A DNA stretch of 64,000 nt from the NCBI GenBank assembly GCA_951406725.2, contig OX597827.1, positions 64,294,001-64,358,000 on the forward strand, in the 5' to 3' direction. The notes under the pieces were generated by a model. It saw nothing but the letters and a program-made list of their open reading frames with translations, ran no database searches and had not been told where the DNA came from. Positions 27,801 through 40,755 of this stretch are shown here, in pieces. Within the stretch, counting starts at the first letter, position 1, and the number at the start of each line of letters is the position of its first letter. The translations under genes and the position numbers were made by a program. Source of the stretch: Octopus vulgaris (taxonomy: Eukaryota).

Positions 27801-28009
27801 TAAATAGTACACAAGCGTTAAGTTGTATGATACACTTGGTCTTCAACAACAGAATGGCACTTCACAATTCTTGTGAACTGACATTACAAGATGGAAATCG
27901 CCAATTTAATAATGACAGTGAGGGACTAGATTTCTTTCGCAAACAATATTATTCCCAGTACTGTAAATAACCCAACAGCAGACAGGAAATCTGCTAGCGG
28001 CAGCGTACA

Positions 28010-30762
28010 TAGAAGCAAGAGACTTCCGTGGTTGGACAGCTTTGCATGATGCTGTGAATAACCATCAAACTGAAGCTGTGAAGCTCTTAATATCTCGGAG
28101 CAGCGTGGTGAATGTGAAGAACTAATACGGCCAGACTCCTCTCCATCTGGCAGCAGGGTCATGTGAGAAGGAATGGACAGATGTCGTGGCAGCATTAATA
28201 AAACATAGCGCTCTTGAGGTGAATGCACGAGATAAGAATGGTCACACACCTCTATACTGTGCCTGTTCAAGTGGATACACAAACACAGTTGGCATGTTGA
28301 GTAAAATGGCATCGATGTCAATGTGGTGGACAAAGGTGGTAACACACCAGAGGCAGTTCAGGAGCGTATTATACAATCTTTGATAAAATCAATGATGATG
28401 ACGCTGAAGGTGTGAAAACCTTAATAGAGAAGAATCCAGATCAAATTCACAAACCTAATGTAAGGGGACAAACTCCTTTAATGTTTGCCTGTGTAAACGG
28501 CAACAGAAGAATAATTGAGATGTTTATAGATGCAAGACAATTCCGTGGTTGGATAGACTTACATGATACTGTGAATAACCATAAAACTGATGCTGTGACG
28601 CTCTTAATATCTCGGAGCAGCGAGGTGAATGTGAAGAATGAATCCAGATATGATGATGCTGAAGGTGTGAAAACTTTAATAGAGAAGAAGCCAGATCAAA
28701 TTAAGAGGACAAACTCCTTTAATGTTTGCCTGTGTAAACGGCAACAGAAGAATAATTGAGATGTTTATAGATGCAAGACAATTCCGTGGTTGGATAGACT
28801 TACATGATACTGTGAATAGCCATAAAACGGATGCTGTGAAGCTCTTAATATCTCGGAGCAGCGCGGTGAATGTGAAGAACTAATAAGGCCAGACTCTCCT
28901 CCATTTGACAGTAGGGTCATGTGAGAAGGAATGGACAGATGTCGTGGCAGCATTAATAAAACATAGAGCTGTTGAGGTGAATGCACGAGATTAAGAAGGG
29001 TCGCACACATCTATACTGTGCCTGTTCAAGTGGATACACAAACACAGTTGGCATGTTGAGTAAAATGGCATCGATGTCAATGTGGTTGACAACAGTGGTA
29101 ACACACCAGAGGCAGTTCAGGAGCGTATTATACAATCTTTGATAAAATCAATGATGATGACGCTGAAGGTGTGAAAACCTTAATAGAGAAGAATCCAGAT
29201 CAAATTCACAAACGTAATGTAAGGGGACAAACTCCTTTAATGTATTCCCATGTAAGGGTCAACACAAGAATAATTGAGATGTTTATAGATGCAAGACACT
29301 TCCGTGGTTGGACATCTTTACATGATGCTGTGAATAGGCATCAACATCAAGCAGTGAAGCTCTTAATATCTCGGAGCATCGAGGTGAATGTAAAGAACTA
29401 ATATGGCCAGACTCCCCTCCATTTGGCTGCAGGGTCATGTGAGAAGGAATAGACAGATGGGATGGCAGTATTATTGCAACAGAGCGGTGTTCTGGTGAAT
29501 GCAAGAGATAAGAATGGTCGCATACCTCTACTCTGTGCCTGTTCAAGTGGATACACAAAAACATATACATAACCCAGAATAAAAACCCAATAATCGAATC
29601 TGAAGACATGGCGTATTATACAATCTTTGATAAAATCAAAGATGGTGACACTGAAGGTTTGAAAACCTTAATAGAGAAGAATCCAGGTCAAATTCACAAA
29701 CCTAATGTAAGGGGACAAACTCCTTTAATGTTTGCCTGTGTAAACGGCAACAGAAGAATAATTGAGATGTTTATAGATGCAAGACAATTCCGTGGTTGGA
29801 TAGACTTACATGATACTGTGAATAACCATAAAACTGATGCTGTGACGCTCTTAATATCTCGGAGCAGCGAGGTGAATGTGAAGAATGAATCCAGATATGA
29901 TGATGCTGAAGGTGTGAAAACTTTAATAGAGAAGAAGCCAGATCAAATTAAGGGGACAAACTCCTTTAATGTTTGCCTGTGTAAACGGCAACAGAAGAAT
30001 AATTGAGATGTTTATAGATGCAAGACAATTCCGTGGTTGGATAGCCTTACATGATACTGTGAATAGCCATAAAACGGATGCTGTGAAGCTCTTAATATCT
30101 CGGAGCAGCGCGGTGAATGTGAAGAACTAATACGGCCAGACTCCTCTCCATCTGGCAGCAGGGTCATGTGAGAAGGAATGGACAGATGTCGTGGCAGCAT
30201 TAATAAAACATAGTGCTCTTGAGGTGAATGCACGAGATTAAGAAGGGTCGCACACATCTATACTGTGCCTGTTCAAGTGGATACACAAACACAGTTGGCA
30301 TGTTGAGTAAAATGGCATCGATGTCAATGTGGTAGACAAAGGTGGTAACACACCAGAGGCAGTTCAGGAGCGTATTATACATACAATCTTTGATAAAATC
30401 AATGATGATGACGCTGAAGGTGTGAAAACCTTAATAGAGAAGAATCCAGATCAAATTCACAAACATAATGTAAGGGGACAAACTCCTTTAATGTATTCCC
30501 ATGTAAGGGGCAACACAAGAATAATTGAGATGTTTATAGATGCAAGACACTTCTGTGGTTGGACAGCTCTACATGATGCTGTGTAAAGGCGTCAGCTTGA
30601 AGCCGTGAAAATCTTAATATCTCAGAGGATCGAGGTGAATGTAAAGAACTAATATGGCCAGACTCCCCTCCATTTGGCTGCAGGGTCATGTGAGAAGGAA
30701 TGGACAGATGTGGAGGCAGTATCATTGCAACAGTGCGCAGTTCTGGTGAATCCACAAGATAA
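28010..30762 (+). pseudogene. Degenerate ankyrin-repeat array with ~1247-bp direct duplication
   Basis: GQTPLMFAC, GWTALHDAV, GQTPLHLAA and GHTPLYCAC motifs; many stops; ORF offsets 28765/30012 and 28953/30200. Confidence 0.85.
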
Positions 30763-30769
30763 ACACTGC

Positions 30770-31357
30770 AGGTAGATCAATGAAATTGTTCAACTATATT
30801 AAATAGTTATCCGGACTCAAAGAATATGCACTCATTAAGATGAAGCAAGAGTGGTGCCAGAAGCAAAACAATGAAAATTTCTTAGGAGCTTTAGCTCATC
30901 CTATGTTTGATTCAATAGCCAGAAATGTGGCCGATTCATGCAAAATGGAAATACTCGCCACTAAATTCCAAAACATGAAATGGAATAAATTCCATGTTCG
31001 TGAATATCACACTGTAGCTACATCACTACGTATATTTCAAAATATATTGAAAGTACAAAACATTCTTATAGATGAATTTGTAACAGACGTATGGAATCTT
31101 CTAAATCAAAAACTTCCAAAAACAAACACTTTCGTACTTGAAGGAGTCCCAAGTAGTGGAAAATCATATATTTGTCGCAGTATTGCACAACTCTTTCAAT
31201 ATTCAGAAACAATACAAGGTACATCTCTTTCCCTTTCCAAGATATGTACCAGACCGAAATTTGCCTCTTTTAGGAACCTAACACGACGTTAGAAACGCTT
31301 CAAACCTTCATAAAGTTGGCTGAAGGAGTAGACACTGCAGTATCCGTAAAATTCAAA
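30770..31357 (+). pseudogene. NS1: Parvovirus/densovirus NS1 SF3 helicase fragment (type B)
   Basis: KLPKTNTFVLEGVPSSGKS (Walker A); after a frameshift FPFQDM..ICLF*EP (Walker B) and QTFIKLAEG. Confidence 0.8.
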
Positions 31358-31645
31358 ACCAAACTCCTTTAATGTTTGCCTGTGTAAACGGCAACAGAAG
31401 AATAATTGAGATGTTTATAGATGCAAAGACACTTCCGTGGTTGGACAGCCTTACATGATACTGTGAATAGCCATAAAACGGATGCTGTGACGCTCTTAAT
31501 ATCTCGGAGCAGCGAGGTGAATGTGAAGAACTAATAAGGCCAGACTCTCCTCCATTTGACAGTAGGGTCATGTGAGAAGGAATGGACAGATGCTGTGAAA
31601 GCATTAATGAACCATAGCGCTCTTCAGGTGAGTGCACGAGATATG
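31358..31645 (+). pseudogene. Ankyrin-repeat fragment
   Basis: Same sequence family as the 28-30.7 kb array. Confidence 0.8.
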
Positions 31646-31844
31646 AAGGCTGGGGGGGGTGCAGTTTTGGAATTGAACATGCATGCGGAGCCTGAAATAT
31701 CAGAACAATTGACTGAGAATACCAGAATGGGATATTTTTCATTTATCATTTTCGTATTTCAATTTCCATATTTATGTAATTGTGATGTTTTATGTCCCCT
31801 CTGTTTAGCCCTTTATGGGTAATAAAGACATATATATAGGCTAG

Positions 31845-33005
31845 TCTAGGTGAGTTGTTTGCTACCATGAAATCGGAAGATGCTGCATCTTTCTTGGCAG
31901 CAAAGGTTATTATACCTAGCAATAAGAAGTGTAAAAAAGGGCACCGAATGATAAATTGGTAGCGAATAATGTTTGCTGGCGGTGTAATCGCAAAGGCTGC
32001 AATCAGGAGTTGTCTGTCCGGAAGGGAACATGGCTTGAAGGCTGCACGCTCCCTCTGCAGACCGTAGTCCTTTTTTTGTACTCTTGGGTCAAGGAACTGA
32101 CTACAGTGCGTTATTGTGTAGAAGAACTGGGGATGAGCCACGGTTCAGTTGTGGATTACAACAATTATGTGCGAGAAATATGCGCGCATGACTTGCTAAT
32201 GAACCCAATTGTAATAGGTGGTCCTGGGAAGATTGTCGAGATAGACGAGAGTCTTCTCTAGGAGGAAGTTTAATCGAGGAAGGGTGTTACCTCAGCAATG
32301 GGTATACGGTGGGGTGTGTCGTGAGACCAGAAGTTTTCCTTTATGCAGTACCTTGTACAAAATTGCAAACTTTCGTTCCTTCAAATTTATTTCATTTCAA
32401 ATTACAATAGGAAACTTGATGTGCCTTTTGGGCGTAATTCCACAACCTGCAAACACTGACGCTGACAATTTCGACAGGGACACGCTGCTCAGACTGCAAA
32501 ACATGCTTCATGTGCACAACAGCTATATTCGAACTGGGGATGAGCCACAGTTCAGCTGTGGACTACAACAATTATGTGCGAGAAATATGCGCGCATGACT
32601 TGCTAATGAACCCAATTGTAATAGGTGGTCCTGGGAAGATTGTCAAGACAGTCTTCTGTAGGAGGAAGTTTAATCGAGGAAGGGTGTTTACCTCAGCAAT
32701 GGGTATTCGGTGGGGTGTGTCGTGAGACCAGAGAAGTTTTCCTTTATGCAGTACCTTGTCGGAATTGCGACACACTCGAAGAATGCATCCGTCGCTCAAT
32801 CCTCCCAGGTACCACAATATTTAGTGACCTGTGGAGGGCTTATTCACATATTCCAGAGATCGAGGGATACAATTTGACAGAATGGTGAACCACAGCATCG
32901 AGTTTGTTGACTCCGTTGATAACACACACCCAACAAATAGAGAGTACTTGGGCGTGTTTGAAATGGGGTAACAAGCGACTTTGTGGTACATATCGTTCTA
33001 TGATT
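31845..33005 (+). pseudogene. Merlin (IS1595/ISXO2-like DDE) transposase family A, duplicated and interrupted
   Basis: WRC..C..SVRKGTW, IGGPGKIVEIDES, RKFNRGR..QQWVFGG, ILPGTTIFSDLWRAY. Confidence 0.85.
32360..32532 (+). pseudogene. Helitron RepHel fragment
   Basis: FLQIYF and DRDTLLRLQNMLHVHNSYIR. Confidence 0.65.
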
Positions 33006-33010
33006 GACAT

Positions 33011-33141
33011 ATAAATATATCTTAATTGTAGTGTGAGAAAAGTATATATATTCTAGATTTTTATAAAAATATATTCTTTCAAAAACATTTTATCATCAGA
33101 ATATATATACTTTTCTCACACTACAATTAAGATATATTTAT
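33011..33141. repeat. Near-perfect ~44-bp inverted repeat (hairpin/MITE-like)
   Basis: ataaatatatcttaattgtagtgtgagaaaagtatatatattct ... agaatatatatacttttctcacactacaattaagatatatttat. Confidence 0.85.
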
Positions 33142-33326
33142 TTTAAATCGTTCATCCTTCTCCCCCCCCCCCACAACAAAAATTAGTTTGAAAGAGGGGA
33201 CAGAGAAAGTTCTAAAATCTAACCAATCAGAGCTAACTGACTTCTTACCACGATAGTGAAAATAACTTTATTAGTTATTTTCATTTTATCTTCACCAGTT
33301 GAACTGTGAGATAAAATTAAAAAATA

Positions 33327-34205
33327 ATGTTGTATGAGATAGAAAGTATCGTGAAAGACTTTGATAGTATTTATTCCTTCCTCAAGGACAAAAAGGTCTT
33401 AAGTTCCTCTTCGCCAAATTGTTCGAGATGCCAGAGAGAGATGACTGATAAAACACAATCAAGAAAAAGTATTTCGCTGCCCAACTCACAAAGGGGAAAA
33501 AGAATCAATTAGAAGGAACTCCTATCTCGAAAATAGCAGATTGAAACTACATGATTTCATACATATAATATATTGTTGGGGCAATAACCTAACAATAACA
33601 GCAACAATAGCAATGACTGGATTGTCAAAATGTACCGTTATTCAATGGTTCCAATACATGCGAGATATCTGTAGTAACAATCTGGTCAACAATCCATACC
33701 AAATTGGTGGTGTCGGAAAAGTTGTTGAAATAGATGAAAGTCTGATGTGCAAGAGGAAGTACAATAGAGGGAGAACGCCACAAGAGAGATGGGTCTTTGG
33801 AGGTTATGATAGAGAAGAGAAAAAGGCTTCCTACTCTTCGTAGCTGACCGTTCCTCGGAAACTCTGCTACCCATCATCAAAAAATATATTAGACTGGGCA
33901 CAACAATTCATTCGGATTGCTGGGCCGCCTATAATGGGATTGCAGAAATGGATGTGACACCAAAATACATCCATTTCAAAGTAAACTATTCCCAGAATTT
34001 TGTGGATCCGCTAACAGGTGTACACACAAATTCTGTGGAATGTTACTGGAAAAATGCAAAAAGAAAATTTAAAACGATGATGGGGGTACATTCCACCATG
34101 GTGGACTCGTACCTTGAGTTTCTGTGGAAGGAACAGTATGGACAAAATGAAAACGATTGTGTGATGAATATTCTGAAACATCTTTCAGAATGGTATAAAA
34201 TTTGA
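33327..34205 (+). pseudogene. Merlin transposase family B, near full length, frameshifted
   Basis: IGGVGKVVEIDES..KRKYNRGR..WVFGG; HSDCWAAY; NFVDPLTGVHTNSVECYW; upstream CCAAT box; 5' part repeated at 51482-51860. Confidence 0.85.
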
Positions 34206-34968
34206 AGGGGTATGATGTCACGCGTGTATTGAAACCATTGAAAAGAAAATTTAAAACGATGATGAGGATACATTCCACCATGGTGGACTCGTACCTTGAG
34301 TTTCTGTGGAAGGAACAGTATGGACAAAATGAAAACGATTGTGATGAATATTCTGAAACATCTTTCAGAATGGTATAAAATTTGAAGGGGTATGATGTCA
34401 CGCGTGTATTGAAACCATTGAAAAGGAAATTTAAAACGATGATGAGGATATATTCCACCATGGTGGACTCGTACCTTGAGTTTCTGTGGAAGGAACAGTA
34501 TGGACAAAATGAAAACGATTGTGTGATGAATATTCTGAAACATCTTTCAGAATGGTATAAAATTTGAAGGGGTATGATGTCACGCGTGTATTGAAACCAT
34601 TGAAAAGAAAATTTAAAACGATGATGAGGATACATTCCACCATGGTGGACTCGTACCTTGAGTTTCTGTGGAAGGAACAGTATGGACAAAATGAAAACGA
34701 TTGTGTGATGAATATTCTGAAACATCTTTCAGAATGGTATAAAATTTGAAGGGGTATGATGTCACGCGTGTATTGAAACCATTGAAAAGAAAATTTAAAA
34801 CGATGATGAGGATACATTCCACCATGGTGGACTCGTACCTTGAGTTTCTGTGGAAGGAACAGTATGGACAAAATGAAAACGATTGTGTGATGAATATTCT
34901 GAAACATCTTTCAGAATGGTATAAAATTTGAAGGGGTATGATGTCACGAGTGTATTGAAACCATTGAA
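34059..34968. repeat. Tandem repeat, 180-182-bp unit, ~5 copies, built from the Merlin 3' end
   Basis: ORF offsets 34382/34564/34746. Confidence 0.95.
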
Positions 34969-37207
34969 TAACAGAAATTAGAACGTGACATTTCTGCTAA
35001 GCTGCCGCAATTGCTTAATTAAGACTTAAATTGAAAGGTGCAAATATGTGACGAGGTTGAAAAAAAATGTATTTATCTAATTGACTATTTTGCTACACTG
35101 TCATAAAATCGCTACAATATCATGAAAAAATTAAGGTATGTACAACATATATTATTGTATACATATATACAGTATCTACAATAAGTTAGTACACACAACG
35201 ATTTTTTAAATTTTTACTTCTTAGAACTTTATTTTTTCGTAGGATTTAAATGAAACTCGATGTAAACCTAGCCATATATGTAAATTTAAATATGCATAAA
35301 CGTTAGGGTTCAAATTTGTTGTTTATTACAAATTATAGGAGAAAATCCATAGTCACAGTACAATAAATTAGTACACAGCTATGGAAGTCACTAATCATGA
35401 ATAAATATTTACTTAAATAGCTATAAATTGCAGAACTTTCTGTTGGCACCTTTTTATTGTACCCTAATAAATAACCAAAGGCATTTCATTGGCTGTTTGT
35501 TTACATTACGCTGCTATTGCTTGGATCTATTGCTACCAAAGTTTCTCTCATATTATTCTTGGAAATGGCTCCTCGTGGCAATGAATTACATGAAAAAACT
35601 CGTGAAACTATTGTTAATTTATTCAAGAGTGGTCATTCATATACGGAAATAAGTGGCAATGTAAATATCAGCCGAAATACGGTAACAAAAGTTGTTCAAC
35701 GGTACAAAAAAGCTGGAACCGTCACAAATGGCTGCCGTCCCGGTCGACCAAATAAGTTTTGTGATCGAACTAAGAGGCGCATGAAACAACTTATAGAGGG
35801 AAGCAGACGTCGGAGTGCTGCTAGCGTCGCAGAAGAAATTTCACACAGTTTAAACGTAACTGAGTGCTCAGACAGTGCGCAACATTCTCCACGAAGACGG
35901 GTTTAAAGGCTGCATGCCCCGAAGGAAGCCTCTGCTGAAAACTTCCCACAAAAAGAAGCGTTGTGAATTTGCTAATAATCATAAAGACAAAGATATGCAG
36001 TTTTGGGACAAAATCCTTTGGTCTGACGAGACGAAAATAAATCTATTCGGCTCAGATGGCGTTAAGCGTGTGTGGCGACGAAAAGGGGAGGCTTACAAGG
36101 ATAAGTGTGTCGTGCCAACTGTCAAGCATGGAGGTGGGAGCTTGATGATTTGGGGGTGTATGAGTGCCAAAGGAGATAAACGACTTGCTTTCATCGAAGG
36201 AAAAATGGATTCAAAACTATTGCCAGATATTGGAGGAAAACATGTTACCAAGTTTAACAAGTGTTGGCAGACGTGGAGTTTTCCAGCAGGATAACGACCC
36301 TAAGCACACGTCGCGGCCTACGAAGGCGTTCTTAGAAAGTAAGCGAGTGAATACCTTACCATGGCCGAGTATGTCACCTGATTTGAACCCAATAGAGCAT
36401 CTGTGGGAGCATCTAAAACGGAAAATTGCAGGGAAAAATCCGAGAAATATTAACGAAAACAAGGAGGTCATCAAATGTAAATGGAACGCAATTCCGGCAG
36501 ACACATGTCGTAAACTAGTGGAACCAATGCCTAGGAGGTTGTCTGCTGTTATTGATAACAATGGAGGCCATACAAAGTATTAAAAATAGGCTTATTTGTT
36601 TAAAGCGCTCCTGTGTACTTACTTTTTGTTACTTGTTCTAAATGTTTTTGTTTAATTATTCTACATTGAAAAGATATTTGTTCCTTCATAGTTTATAAAG
36701 TTATTAAACCACTACATGGCTATGTTCACATCGAGTTTCATTTAAATCCTACGAAAAAAATATAGTTGTAAGAAGTAAAAATTTTTTAAAAATCGTTGTG
36801 TGTACTAACTTATTGTAGATACTGTATATACACTTTTAAAAATTATTTACTTTGTTCAAAAAATATTAATATTAATTAATTTTCAAGAATTATTTAATTT
36901 ATATAATTAATTCATTAATTTTATTCTGTAAAATAGCAATTCATTTATCTGTAAATCCGCGAGGAAAGCGACTATGTAATTTTTTTGTGTAAAATTGAAA
37001 ATGTTATATACACACACACACACACAAACACATATTTTTTGTGAAATCCAACACCTTTTTGTCTTAAAAAAGCAGAAATGTATCTGAAAAAATCCGGGGG
37101 GGGGGGGTTAACGCGCATGCGCAAGTCACCTCGTTGGATCTCGAGTAGAGAACCTACGTCTGGTGCACGCGCCCGTGCAACCGGGACCACTACAATAGAC
37201 AAGTACC
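34935..37207 (-). mobile_element. Truncated Merlin-type element in the opposite orientation, hosting the Tc1 insertion
   Basis: Minus strand reads SVIQWFQYTRDI (cf. TVIQWFQYMRDI at 33632); TIR-like ccgggaccact..aagtacc ends at 37207, as in the MITEs at 58150 and 60812. Confidence 0.55.
35170..36824 (+). mobile_element. Full-length Tc1 (DD34E) transposon with IR/DR-type ends; transposase 35565-36583 has two frameshifts
   Basis: TA-CAGT..ACTG-TA ends, >100-bp TIRs with inner repeats; GRP, ILWSDETKINLFG, TVKHGGGS, FQQDNDPKH, SPDLNPIEHLW. Confidence 0.95.
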
Positions 37208-37583
37208 TGATTGACATATCTCGGCGAATTCATGAGGTGGTGCAGACACGAGAAATGTGACCTTTGGGAGGAATTGCTGGCAAACATTAGAAATTTCTCC
37301 AATTATTGTTAATCCTTTCGGTACTAGATTAGCTGAGGATTACTTGACATTTTATATCTGCTGTAATATTTGCAGCTTTAATAAATTGTTATAGTATGAA
37401 ACAATTGTACTAAATTACCGGATCTATTCTTGTTGCTTATATATATACATATATATATATATATATGTGTATATTATATATTTATATATACTTTCATCAT
37501 CGTTTGAACAAGCAGACACTTAATTTTTCTCAGATAGAAAGACATCAACCCGGAATCAAAACCCAATAATCGAATTTGAAGAC

Positions 37584-39165
37584 ATGATGTATTATACAAT
37601 CTTTGATAAAATTGAAGATGGTGACGCTGAAGGTGTGAAAACCTTAATAGAGAAGCACCCAGTTAAAATTAACCACCATGATGTAAGGGGACGAATTCCT
37701 TTAATGTATTCCCATGTAAGGGACAACACAAGAATAATTGAGATGTTTATAGATGCAAGACACCTCTGTGGTTGGACAGCTCTACGTAATGCTGTGTATA
37801 GACGTCATCTTGAAGCCGTGAAAATCTTAATATCTCGGAGCATCGAGGTGAATGTAAAGAACTAATAACTAATATGTCCAGACTCCTCTGGAAACAACAT
37901 ACATACATATAACTTGAATCTGAAGATCTTACGATCTCGGGGTAGCGACGTGAATGTGAAGAACAAATATGGCCAGACTCCTCTCCGTTTAGCAGCAGGG
38001 TCATGTAAGAAGGAATGGACAGATGCCGTGGCAGCATTAATACAACAGAATACTGTTCAGGAGAATCCACGAGATAAGAAACTCTCTGGAAACTATATAC
38101 ATATATATAACTTGAAAATGAAGATCTTACGATCTCGGAGAAGCGAGATAAATGTGAAGAACAAATATGGCCAGACTCCTCTCTGTTTGGCAGCAGGGTC
38201 ATGTAAGAGGGAATGGACAGATGTCGTGGCAGCATTAATACAACAGAGTACCGTTCAGGAGAATCCACGAGATAAGAAACTCTCTGGAAACAATGTACAT
38301 ATATATAACTTGAAAATGAAGATCTTACGATCTCGGAGCAGCGAGATAAACGTGAAGAACCAGACTCCTCTCCGTTTGGCAGCAGGGTCATGTAAGAGGG
38401 AATGGACAGATGTCGTGGCAGCATTAATACAACAGAGTACTGTTCAGGAGAATCTACGAGATAAGAAACTCTCTGGAAACAATGTACATATATATAACTT
38501 GAAAATGAAGATCTTACGATCTCGGAGCAGCGAGATAAACGTGAAGAACCAGACTCCTCTCCGTTTGGCAGCAGGGTCATGTAAGAGGGAATGGACAGAT
38601 GTCGTGGCAGCATTAATACAACAGAGTACCGTTCAGGAGAATCCACGAGATAAGAAACTCTCTGGAAACAATGTACATATAGATAACTTGAAAATGAAGA
38701 TCTTACGATCTCGGAGCAGCGAGATAAACGTGAAGAACCAGACTCCTCTCCGTTTGGCAGCAGGGTCATGTAAGAGGGAATGGACAGATGTCGTGGCAGC
38801 ATTAATACAACAGAGTACCGTTCAGGAGAATCTACGAGATAAGAAACTCTCTGGAAACAATATACATATATATAACTTGAAAATGAAGATATTACTATCT
38901 CGGGGCAGCAATGTCAACGTGAAAAACAAATATGGCCAGACACCTCTCTGTTTGGCAGCAGGGTCATGTGAGAAGGAATGGACAGATGTCGTGGCAGCAT
39001 TAATAAAACATAGCGCTGTTGAGGTGAATGCACGAGATAAGGGTCGCACACATCTATACTGTGCCTGTTCAAGTGGATACACAAACACAGTTGGCATGTT
39101 GAGTAAAATGGCATCGATGTCAATGTGGTTGACAAAGGTGGTAACACACTACTGAGGTAGTTCAG
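37584..39165 (+). pseudogene. Ankyrin-derived locus; ORF 37914-39155 consists of ~6 tandem 180-186-bp units
   Basis: NVKNKYGQTPL.LAAG repeats; shares its 5' leader with the copy at 29570. Confidence 0.8.
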
Positions 39166-39169
39166 GAGC

Positions 39170-39958
39170 GAAGGTATGATATGGTGTCTCTAATGCTGAA
39201 CCAGGATCATGAAGCTACTGTTCACCGTCCCAGGGTCTCTAGGGCCCATACCCTCAACGTTGGCACACTGAAAGGTAGGTCTGGCGAGATTGTTGAGATG
39301 CCTGAACGGAGATGTGTTGATATATGTTGCATCCAAGAAGTGAGGTGGAGAGGCTTCTGCAAGGTTCCTCACAGGCAAAGAACACAGGTATAAGATTTTC
39401 TGGTCAAGGAACACTGATGGGGCTGGGAGCATGGGTATACTTCTCGCTGAAAAATGGGTAGATAAGGTAATTGAGGCAGTTCAGGAGCGAAAGTATAATG
39501 CGGTGTGTATGATGCTGAACCAGGATCACGAAGCTACTGTCGACCGTCCCACGGTCTCTAGGGCCCATACCTCCCACACCCTCAACGTTGGCACACTGAA
39601 AGGTAGGTCTGGCGAGATTGTTGAGATGCCTGAACGGAGATGTGTTGATATATGTTGCATCCAAGAAGTGAGGTGGAGAGGCTTCAGCTAGGTTCCTCAC
39701 AGGCAAAGAACACAGGTATAAGATTTTCTGGTCAAGGAACACTGACGGGGCTGGGAGCATGGGCATACTTCTCGCTGAAAAATGGGTAGATAAGGTAATT
39801 GAGGCAGTTCAGGAGCGAAGGTATAATGCGGTGTGTATGATGCTGAACCAGGATCATGAAGCTACTGTCGACCGTCCCACGGTCTCTAGGGCCCATACCT
39901 CCCACACCCTCAACGTTGGCACACTGAAAGGTAGGTCTGGCAAGATTGTTGAGATGCC
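39170..39958 (+). pseudogene. RTE LINE endonuclease N-terminus, tandem ~328-bp repeats
   Basis: TLNVGTLKGRSGEIVEM..RR.VDICCIQEVRWRG..GILLAEKWVDKVIE. Confidence 0.85.
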
Positions 39959-40755
39959 ACAAATACGACTTCATTAAGAAAATTATGAAGAAATGCAACA
40001 GCACAGACATGGGGGACATTATAAGATTCTGCAAAAACACGCCGAAACTACAATACCAAAATAACTGGAGCAACATCTACAGAAACACTCCAAACATTAA
40101 CAATAATTACGGCCGCAGCCACAAATATTGAAACATTGAGCATGCCCATATGAGAACAAATCAGAGACAAGAAACAATTCTTCTCATATAACACAAACAA
40201 CTACCATAACGTTCAAACATCGCTGGATATATACGACGAGTGGCTACACCACCACAACATAGACGCAGAAAAATTCGGTAGACACACATTCGAAGTCTGT
40301 CATAAACTTAATCCCAAAATTAACGGCTTGCATATTACAGGAGCAAGTAACTCGGGTAAAAGCTACGTCTTAAGAAGCATCAGGAACGGATTGATGAACT
40401 GCGGCAGAATGAGATGCCAAGCCAGCGAAAATATCACGTTCGGCACGTGCATCGACAAAACATTAATATACACCGACGAAATGTGGTTCACAACAAACAA
40501 CGTTGAAGAAGCGAAATGTATTCTAGAAGGCACAGATACATACATAAGCATTAAGCATCAGGTGGAAAGAATATTAAAAAGAACTTCGTCATTATCAACT
40601 TCCATTCAAGACCCATGGCATGTTGTTCTACAGGAAGAACAAGCTCTCAAAAATAGACTTTTCATTTACGAAACAAGTCGCAGCATGCCATAGCTAAAGG
40701 ACTGGGGCAAAGTCAAACTTAACCTGTTAATGTGGTTGACCATCTGGCGAAGAAA
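39957..40755 (+). pseudogene. NS1: Parvovirus/densovirus NS1 SF3 helicase fragment (type C)
   Basis: PKINGLHITGASNSGKS (Walker A), LIYTDE (Walker B), EEAKCILEG (B'), ALKNR..KLNLLMW. Confidence 0.8.

Noticed and set aside
37112-37122. GCGCATGCGC (NRF1-like site) as the ankyrin promoter
   Set aside because: It lies in the subterminal region of the Merlin-type end, where similar GC-rich sequence also occurs in the MITEs; no independent support
37747-38802. 351-aa minus-strand ORF
   Set aside because: Antisense shadow of the ankyrin-derived tandem repeat, with no independent motif
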